DNA of 64,000 nt from an uncultured Nitrospirales bacterium (GTDB lineage Bacteria > Nitrospirota > Nitrospiria > Nitrospirales > NS-4). Position numbers and translations under genes: made by a program. Each line of letters begins with the position of its first letter. The stretch's first letter is position 1. Shown piece after piece: positions 57,885 through 64,000 of this stretch. The stretch covers positions 30,479 to 94,478 of the forward strand of contig CAYYLQ010000007.1 in assembly GCA_964472655.1 (NCBI GenBank). Reading direction: 5' to 3'. The notes beneath the pieces are model-generated. The model searched no databases. It was given only the letters and a program-made list of their open reading frames with translations, and had not been told where the DNA came from.

Positions 57885-57998
57885 TTACTTCTGCTTCTTG
57901 CGGGGGTGGGTGTAGAAGTAGGTCCAGACGGCCCCGAGTACGCTCACGACCGCGATAAAGGTCATCACCTGGTCAAAAAATGTGAATCCAAAAGTCAT
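57885..57998 (-). CDS. Possible 37-aa single-TM mini-protein
   Basis: Hand translation: MTFGFTFFDQVMTFIAVVSVLGAVWTYFYTHPRKKQK (hydrophobic helix plus basic tail). It lies 54 nt downstream of the M23 gene. Weak GGAAG upstream. Below the ORF-track cut-off. Confidence 0.3.
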   Translation of the reverse strand: MTFGFTFFDQVMTFIAVVSVLGAVWTYFYTHPRKKQK

Positions 57999-58052
57999 GC
58001 TTCCGTGCCTCGGCCTTCAAGCCAGTATGCGATGAAAAACAGCGCCGCCATG

Positions 58053-58937
58053 TTATCGATCGAACTGGAGCCTGGCAAGGGCGAAGGGGTTGACGCGCGA
58101 GCCGTTGAGCCAGGCGCCCCAGTGCAGATGCGGACCGGTGGCGCGGCCGGACTGGCCGACCGTCCCGATCACGGCCCCCCGCTTCACCCGCTCCCCCTCC
58201 TTGACCGCCGTCGTGTCCAGATGAAAGTACATCGTGAAGAGCCCGAGGCCGTGGTCGAGGATGACCCCTTTGCCACTGAAGAAGTGCTCGTCCACCATCC
58301 GGACGACGCCGTCGTTCGTCGCCTTGACCGGCGCCCCTCGCTCCGCCGCAATGTCCTCGCCGTTGTGCTGGTTGCGCGGCTGGCCGTTCAGGATGCGCTT
58401 GCTGCCGAAGGCCCCGGTGGGCGTCCCCTCTACCGGCACCAGAAACCCCGCGCCCCAGAGCCGTTCCGGCGTAAAGCCCGCGAGCACGGCCTTCACCTTT
58501 CCCTTCTCCAGATCGATCCGCTCCAAGGCTGCGGCGTCGGGGTCAACTTGGTTCTTCGGCAAGGTCATGGATTGTACGCGGAACTCTTCGGCCTGCACGG
58601 AGACTCGAAACACCCGCTTCCGCACGCCGTCCAGATACGTGATCTCCGCGTTCAGATTCGCCGTGTTGGGAGCGTCGGCCATGTCAATCCCCACCAACGC
58701 GCCGAACTCGCCCGCCCGTCCCGTTTTGAAAAACGGCACCAGCCGCTCGCGGAACCGCCCCTGTACCGACGTCGGCTCTCCCTCGACGTGCAATGTGAGA
58801 TAGAGCACCTCCCCCTGCTTCGCATGGAGCGGCTTCTCGGCAGGCGCGCCGTCGCAGAGCCCGTCCGCCGCGATCAGGCACCAGAGCGATGCCGGCACCA
58901 GCAATGATGTGAACAGGTAGCGACGCCGGCGCAACAC
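58053..58937 (-). CDS. M23 family (LytM-type) metallopeptidase with signal peptide
   Basis: LDHGLGLFTMYFHLD and GRATGPHLHWG (HxxxD / HxH zinc site). N-terminal signal MLRRRRYLFTSLLVPASLWCLIAA. Confidence 0.85.
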   Translation of the reverse strand: MLRRRRYLFTSLLVPASLWCLIAADGLCDGAPAEKPLHAKQGEVLYLTLHVEGEPTSVQGRFRERLVPFFKTGRAGEFGALVGIDMADAPNTANLNAEITYLDGVRKRVFRVSVQAEEFRVQSMTLPKNQVDPDAAALERIDLEKGKVKAVLAGFTPERLWGAGFLVPVEGTPTGAFGSKRILNGQPRNQHNGEDIAAERGAPVKATNDGVVRMVDEHFFSGKGVILDHGLGLFTMYFHLDTTAVKEGERVKRGAVIGTVGQSGRATGPHLHWGAWLNGSRVNPFALARLQFDR

Positions 58938-58940
58938 AGG

Positions 58941-60317
58941 TTATCTGAATGCGCGCTGGCCTGAAACCTGGGACAGGAGTTCTTCCACGCGCCGGTTGGA
59001 GGCGCTGAAGGGGTCCATGCAGAGGATGGTTTCTTCCCAGTACCCGTTGAGCTTGAGATACGTCCAGTCCACCGTATAGGACCGGTTCTTCGCGCGGGCG
59101 AACCGGATGAAGTCCCCCCGGACCTTGGCGCGCGTCGTCTGAGGCGGGTTCGTCATGGCGTGCTGCACGGCGTCCTCGGACACCATCCGCTCCGCCATCT
59201 CCTGCTTCTCCAGCAAGTAATAGAGCCCCCGGGTCCGCTTCACGTCATGATACTGGAGGTCCATCATCGTGATCCGGGGATCGTCCCACCCGCATTCTTT
59301 TTTCTCCATGTATTGGAGCATGAGCCGCTTTTTAATGACCCAATCCAGTTCCTGGCAGAGCTGCATGGGATCGTCCTCGAGCCGGTTGAGGATGTCTTCC
59401 CACTGGCGCACGACGGCGGCGGCGACCGGATCCTCGTCCAGGGACCAGAGATACTCCATGGCGCGCTCCAGGTAGACGCGCTGGATTTCGATGGCCGTCA
59501 TCTCCCGCCCGTCCTCGAGCTTGATCTTCTTCTTGAGCGTCGTGTCGCGGGCGATCTCGCGGATGGCCTTGACGGGATCATCCAGCTCCATGTGTGTCAC
59601 GGTGTACCCGTCCTCGATCATCGAGAGCACCATCGCCGCCGTCCCGACTTTGAGGTAGGTGGCGACTTCCGACATGTTCGAATCGCCGACGATGATGTGG
59701 AGCCGCCGGTACTTTTCCGCGTCAGCGTGCGGCTCGTCCCTGGTATTGATGATGCTGCGGGACGACGTGGTGGACGACGACGTCTTTTCGTGGATATGCT
59801 GGGCCCGCTGGGAGATGAAGAGCTGGGCCTTGCCGGAGACCTTGAGGACCTTGCCGGCGCCGGCGAAGATCTGCCGCGTCACGAAGAACGGAATGAGCTG
59901 CTCGGTGACCTTCCAGAAATCCACGTCCCGCCGCATCAGAAAATTCTCATGGCAGCCGTACGTGTTGCCCAGCGAGTCCGTGTTGTTCTTGAAGATGTAG
60001 ATCTCGCCTGAGAGGCCCTCTTCGCGCAGGCGCTCCTCGGCGGCGGGCAGGCAGGCTTCCAGCAGACGCTCCCCCGCCTTGTCATGCACGACCAGGTCTT
60101 CGATGTTGTCGCACTCCGGCGTCGAATACTCGGGGTGGCATCCGGTGTCCTGATAGAAGCGCGCGCCGTTCACGAGGAACGCGTTCGAGGGCCAGCTGTT
60201 GGGGATGAGGCCTTCGAAGATGTAACCGAGGATTTTTTCGATGGGGAGGTAGATGCGCCCGTTCGGAGAGAAGATCAGGCCGTACTCGTTTTCCAGGCCG
60301 AAGATGCGCGGCTTCAT
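58941..60317 (-). CDS. pafA: Pup--protein ligase (PafA) of the Pup-ligase/Dop family
   Basis: MKPRIFGLENEYGLIF N-terminus of the carboxylate-amine ligase family, 458 aa. Start ATG 60317 forms an ATGA overlap with the prcA stop. Called PafA rather than Dop from its position after prcA and its shorter length. Confidence 0.8.
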   Translation of the reverse strand: MKPRIFGLENEYGLIFSPNGRIYLPIEKILGYIFEGLIPNSWPSNAFLVNGARFYQDTGCHPEYSTPECDNIEDLVVHDKAGERLLEACLPAAEERLREEGLSGEIYIFKNNTDSLGNTYGCHENFLMRRDVDFWKVTEQLIPFFVTRQIFAGAGKVLKVSGKAQLFISQRAQHIHEKTSSSTTSSRSIINTRDEPHADAEKYRRLHIIVGDSNMSEVATYLKVGTAAMVLSMIEDGYTVTHMELDDPVKAIREIARDTTLKKKIKLEDGREMTAIEIQRVYLERAMEYLWSLDEDPVAAAVVRQWEDILNRLEDDPMQLCQELDWVIKKRLMLQYMEKKECGWDDPRITMMDLQYHDVKRTRGLYYLLEKQEMAERMVSEDAVQHAMTNPPQTTRAKVRGDFIRFARAKNRSYTVDWTYLKLNGYWEETILCMDPFSASNRRVEELLSQVSGQRAFR

Positions 60318-61009
60318 GGTGAATTCAAAAGAGCTCTCGCTTCTCCGAGGGCGATCCGGCGGAAGGTGCGGCCCGGCTTGGTGCGGTCCAGGACGGCCAC
60401 CTCCAGGCCTTCCGTCGCCAGCTTCTGGTTCGTGACGGTATTCAACGCGTCGATGCTCAGTTTCAGCGCATCCCGCAGCGAGATGGCCACGGACGTCCAC
60501 CGGCTTTTCAGGAATGTCATCAGGGCTTCGGACTTCCCGCCAATCACCGCCACGCCCCGCTCGTCAATGATGCTCCCGTCGAAGGAGATCCTGTACAGCT
60601 CGTTGGGCTTGCCGTCCTGGCCCACCTCGACGACCAAGAGCTCCACTTCGAGGGGTTTCGGATCGGCGCTGAAGAGGCTCCCGATGCTTTGCGAGTAGGC
60701 ATTGGCCAGCGATTTGGCCGTCACGTCCTCCCGGCTGTAGGTGTACCCCTTGAGGTCGGCGTGCCGGATGCCGGCCTTGCGCAGCATCTCGAATTCGTTG
60801 TACTTGCCGGCGCCGGAAAACGCGATCCGGTCGTACATCTCGGAAATCTTGTGCAGCGACGCGCTGGGGTTGTCCGCCACCAGTAGCACGCCGTCGGCGT
60901 ATTCCATCGCAACGATCGAACGGCCCTTGGCGATGCCCTTCTTCGCATACTCGGCCTTGTCGGCCATCATCTGTTCCGGCGAGACGTAGTAGGGAAGCGC
61001 CATCGTCAA
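60314..61009 (-). CDS. prcA: Proteasome subunit alpha
   Basis: MTMALPYYVSPEQMMADKAEYAKKGIAKGRSIVAMEY..., 231 aa, directly downstream of prcB with a 4-nt overlap. Confidence 0.9.
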   Translation of the reverse strand: MTMALPYYVSPEQMMADKAEYAKKGIAKGRSIVAMEYADGVLLVADNPSASLHKISEMYDRIAFSGAGKYNEFEMLRKAGIRHADLKGYTYSREDVTAKSLANAYSQSIGSLFSADPKPLEVELLVVEVGQDGKPNELYRISFDGSIIDERGVAVIGGKSEALMTFLKSRWTSVAISLRDALKLSIDALNTVTNQKLATEGLEVAVLDRTKPGRTFRRIALGEARALLNSP

Positions 61010-61818
61010 CCCCTCTCGCGCCGCTCGGCGATCAAGGCGCTGCAGCCTTCGCCGATTTTGGATTCTTCCAGGTCGCGGATGCCCGCGTCGGTGATCACCT
61101 TCATGGTGGGGTAGATGCCCCGGACCAGGTCGGGCCCCCCCGTGCCCACGTCCTCCTCGGACGCGTTGTACAGCGCCTCCAAGGCGATGCGCAGCGCCTG
61201 CGCTTCCGTGAGCCCGCGCCGGTACAGCTGCTTCATCGTGTCGCGGGCGTCCTTGCCGCCGGAGCCCGTCGCATGGTATTCGGTTTCCTCATAGCGCCCG
61301 CCGGTCACGTCGTATTTGAAGATCCGCCCCTCGCGCCGCTTGAGATCGTACCCGGCGAAGAGCGGGATCACCACCAGCCCCTGGAACGCCATGGGCAAAT
61401 TCCCCCGCACCATCTGGCTCAGCTTGTTGGCCTTGCCCTCGCACGACAGCACGTCACCCTCCAGTTTTTCGTAGTGCTCCAACTCGACCTGGAAGAGGCG
61501 CGCCAGTTCCATGGCAGGCCCCGCCGCGCCGGCGATGGCGACGGCCGAATGCGCGTCTGTCTTGAACACCTTCTCGATGCGGCGCCCGGAAACCTGGAAC
61601 CCCTCGGTCGCCTGGCGGTCGCCGGCCATCAACACGCCGTCCTGGAATCGAATCGCCAGCACGGTGGTGCCGTGCGAAAACGCCGGCAAGCCGGCGGCGG
61701 GCGTTCCGGAAGCAGGCGCAGGAGCGCCCGCCCGGGGAATCGGCAACGGAGCATTGGCTCCCCGGCCCATAAGGAAATCGTAGAAGCTGGACCCGTGATC
61801 GTCGAGAAAGAGAGGCAC
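61006..61818 (-). CDS. prcB: Proteasome subunit beta (with propeptide)
   Basis: Propeptide VPLFLDDHGSSFYDFL... followed by the active-site Thr context FSHG/TTVLAIRFQDGVLMAGDRQAT. Start placed at GTG 61818. The track's 393-aa ORF runs out of frame into dop. Confidence 0.9.
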   Translation of the reverse strand: MPLFLDDHGSSFYDFLMGRGANAPLPIPRAGAPAPASGTPAAGLPAFSHGTTVLAIRFQDGVLMAGDRQATEGFQVSGRRIEKVFKTDAHSAVAIAGAAGPAMELARLFQVELEHYEKLEGDVLSCEGKANKLSQMVRGNLPMAFQGLVVIPLFAGYDLKRREGRIFKYDVTGGRYEETEYHATGSGGKDARDTMKQLYRRGLTEAQALRIALEALYNASEEDVGTGGPDLVRGIYPTMKVITDAGIRDLEESKIGEGCSALIAERRERG

Positions 61819-61823
61819 CGCCG

Positions 61824-63305
61824 TCAGGCCTTCAGGTTGCCCAGCAGGGCGTCCACCGTCTCGGACTCGTCCAGCAGACCCTTGGTGAGGGCCTCGGTGC
61901 CGCGCAGTGGTTCCATGAGGGGAACCTTCTTGATCACCGCATTGCCGACGTCGAAGAGCACCGAGGTCCAACTCGCCGCGTAGACTTCCTGCGGCCACTT
62001 CTTCACGCAGGCCGCCCGAAAATACGCGCGGGTGTCGAGCGGCGCGACGGTCTCCGCATGCCGGACTTCCTCGTCCATGACGATGCGCTCCACGCGGTTG
62101 GCGCGCTCCAAGGTGAAGTACAGCCCCTTCTCGGGCCGGACGTCGTGGTACTGGAGATCCATCATCGCCACCCGCGGGTCCTCCCACCCGCAGCCCTTGC
62201 GGTCCAGGTAGGATTCGATCAGCTCCCGCTTGGCCACCCAGTCCAGCTCGCGGACGAGTTCGCGAGGGTCGCGCGCCAGTTTGTCGAGAGTCTCTTCCCA
62301 GCGGATGAGGACTTCCTTGACGGGCAGGGTCAGCTCATGGCTCGCGTAATAGTCCTGCGCCGCCTTGAGATAGGCGCGCTGCACGGCGATCGCCGTCGTC
62401 GTCTTGCCGCCAGCGAGTCGCAGATCGGCCTTCACCGCCAAGTCGCGCGACACCGCCTTGATCGCGTGGACGGGGTCTTCCAGCTCGATCGCCGGGAGCG
62501 CCCAGTTGTCTTCGATCATATCCAGCACGATCGACATCGCGCCCACCTTCAGGAAGGTCGCACACTCCGCCATGTTGACGTCCCCCGCGATGACGTGAAG
62601 CCGCCGGTACTTGGCGGGATCGGCATGGGGCTCGTCCCGCGTGTTGATGATCGGCCGCTTGACCATCGTGTTGAGGTCCATCAGCGTCTCGAAGAAGTCC
62701 GCCCGCTGCGAGATCTGATAGACGGCCGGCGATGTTTGATTCTCCGTCCCGACCTTGCCGGCCCCCGCGTAAATCAGGCGCGTCACCAGGAACGGCACGA
62801 GGGCGCGGGCGACATGCTCGAAGGGGACGGCGCGGGCCACTAGATAGTTCTCGTGATACCCGTAGCTGTTGCCCTTGCCGTCCGTGTTGTTCTTGTAGAC
62901 GAGCAGGCTGCCGGCCCCCCGCACCTGTTCCACCGCGCGCAAGGCGGCGGCGGCGATGCGCTCTCCCGCCTTTTCGTACAGGACGACATCCCGGGCGGTC
63001 GTGCATTCCGGCGTCGAGTATTCCGGGTGCGCCCCGTCCACGTACAGGCGTCCGCCGTTGGCCAGCACCTTGTTCAGCAGGCGATTGTAGTCCGGCCCCG
63101 GTCGCTCCCGCTCCCCCTCCACTTCGAAGCCGCGAATGTCGAGCAGCGGGTTCTCGTTCTCGTAGTCCCAAAGGATCTTGGGCGAGGGAAAGCCCGGGTA
63201 GTGATTGATCAGAAAAAGGGAATTGGATACGGGGTCCACGGACTCGGGGTCGCGGGTGGCGATCCCGAACTCCGTTTCAGTTCCGAAGGCTCGCTTGGTC
63301 GTCAT
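61824..63305 (-). CDS. dop: Depupylase/deamidase Dop (Pup-ligase family paralog)
   Basis: AFGTETEFGIA N-terminus, 493 aa (longer than the PafA paralog, consistent with the Dop-specific insertion). Position is between arc and prcB, as in actinobacteria. Confidence 0.8.
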   Translation of the reverse strand: MTTKRAFGTETEFGIATRDPESVDPVSNSLFLINHYPGFPSPKILWDYENENPLLDIRGFEVEGERERPGPDYNRLLNKVLANGGRLYVDGAHPEYSTPECTTARDVVLYEKAGERIAAAALRAVEQVRGAGSLLVYKNNTDGKGNSYGYHENYLVARAVPFEHVARALVPFLVTRLIYAGAGKVGTENQTSPAVYQISQRADFFETLMDLNTMVKRPIINTRDEPHADPAKYRRLHVIAGDVNMAECATFLKVGAMSIVLDMIEDNWALPAIELEDPVHAIKAVSRDLAVKADLRLAGGKTTTAIAVQRAYLKAAQDYYASHELTLPVKEVLIRWEETLDKLARDPRELVRELDWVAKRELIESYLDRKGCGWEDPRVAMMDLQYHDVRPEKGLYFTLERANRVERIVMDEEVRHAETVAPLDTRAYFRAACVKKWPQEVYAASWTSVLFDVGNAVIKKVPLMEPLRGTEALTKGLLDESETVDALLGNLKA

Positions 63306-63333
63306 GCGATGATCTCGGGCACGGCGGATCGCG

Positions 63334-64000
63334 TCAGAGGTAGTGGCCGGTGGTCACGGTCTCGATCCGCCGCGATTCGTGGGATCCGACCGTGATCGTC
63401 CGGACGTGGACGATCTTGTCGGCCTTCTTGCCGGCGATCTTCGCCCAGTCGTCCGGGTTGGTGGTGTTCGGCAGGTCTTCGTGCTCCTTGAATTCATCGC
63501 GGATGGCCCGCAGGAGATCGTCCGTCTTGAGGCCCCGTTCGCCGGTCGCGAGCAGGCGCTTGATGGCGTATTTCTTTGCCCGCGAGACAATGCCCTCGAT
63601 CAGCGCCCCGCTGGAGAAGTCCTTCATGTAGAAGGTCTCCTTGTCGCCGTTGGCGTATGTGACCTCCAGGTACTGGTTCTCCTCGCTAAGCGCGTACATG
63701 GATTCCACGGTCACCCCGGTCAGCCGCTCGACGAGCTTGGCGGTATCGCCGCCGTCCCGTTCCAGTTCTTCGGGATGCCAGGGCAGGTCCGGCGTCAGAT
63801 ACTTGGAGAAAATGTCCCGGGCAGCGGTCTTGTCCGGGCGATCGATCTTGATCTTGACGTCCAGCCGGCCCGGGCGCAAGACGGCCGGGTCGATGAGGTC
63901 CTGCCGGTTGCTGGCCCCGATCACGATCACGTTGTTCAGCCGCTCGACGCCGTCGATCTCCGACAGGAACTGGGGGACGATCGTGGACTCGACGTCGGAC
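63334..64000 (-). CDS. arc: Proteasome-associated AAA ATPase ARC/Mpa, C-terminal part (N-terminus beyond right edge)
   Basis: [33 protein letters not shown] (AAA sensor region) and a C-terminal ...TTGHYL tail resembling the Mpa GQYL proteasome-docking motif. The frame stays open to nt 64000. Confidence 0.9.
   Translation of the reverse strand, partial: SDVESTIVPQFLSEIDGVERLNNVIVIGASNRQDLIDPAVLRPGRLDVKIKIDRPDKTAARDIFSKYLTPDLPWHPEELERDGGDTAKLVERLTGVTVESMYALSEENQYLEVTYANGDKETFYMKDFSSGALIEGIVSRAKKYAIKRLLATGERGLKTDDLLRAIRDEFKEHEDLPNTTNPDDWAKIAGKKADKIVHVRTITVGSHESRRIETVTTGHYL

Noticed and set aside
61824-61900. Dop C-terminal tail (...LLDESETVDALLGNLKA), considered as a fused Pup-like helix.
   Set aside because: It ends in Ala, not Gln or Glu. 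The preceding VPLMEPLRGT segment is the normal conserved C-terminus of the Pup-ligase/Dop family.
61819-62187. N-terminal 123 aa of the 393-aa ORF 61006..62187, considered as a possible Pup-PrcB fusion or hidden modifier.
   Set aside because: It is out of frame over the dop 3' end and is Arg/Gly-rich rather than acidic. It lacks a GGQ/GGE end. PrcB homology (SSFYDFL propeptide) begins after GTG 61818.

Overview
High-GC bacterial chromosome segment, almost entirely coding. I found no rRNA, tRNA, CRISPR array, transposase or integrase. Nearly everything from nt 49361 down to nt 1 is on the minus strand. It forms one outer-membrane and cell-envelope glycan super-cluster: bamA-skp-fabZ-lpxA-lpxI-oxidoreductase-lpxB-msbA-DUF374-waaA-lpxK, then four GT9 heptosyltransferases (one fused to GmhB), a Trm112-like mini-ORF and the rmlACBD genes. 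These are followed by many GT2/GT4 glycosyltransferases, methyltransferases, acetyltransferases and a B12-radical-SAM enzyme. Next come an O-antigen-ligase-like gene, gmd, a UDP-xylose synthase, a wHTH regulator and a NusG paralog. The NusG paralog heads a roughly 13.5 kb, lower-GC nonulosonic-acid (sialic-acid-like) operon that runs off the left edge. The right part carries galU-lon-thiL-DUF2062-HD phosphohydrolase on the plus strand. It then has a small lower-GC islet (hairpin repeat, lipoprotein, retropepsin-like protease), an M23 peptidase and an actinobacterial-type proteasome locus (arc-dop-prcB-prcA-pafA) on the minus strand. LPS genes together with a Pup-type proteasome suggest a Nitrospirota-like diderm (Nitrospira/Leptospirillum-like). 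That is inference only. Points most worth follow-up: (1) the non-canonical nonulosonate operon with embedded radical-SAM/SPASM, WbqC, PIG-L and a 597-aa unknown protein; (2) a DUF374 gene next to waaA broken at an A9 run that is also a -1 slippery heptamer; (3) a proteasome locus with no room for a pup/UBact modifier gene between dop and prcB; (4) a WaaF-GmhB fusion; (5) a 25-bp imperfect inverted repeat; (6) a near-consensus promoter implying a leaderless galU-lon transcript. Many very long antisense or out-of-frame ORFs in the track are high-GC artefacts and were rejected.
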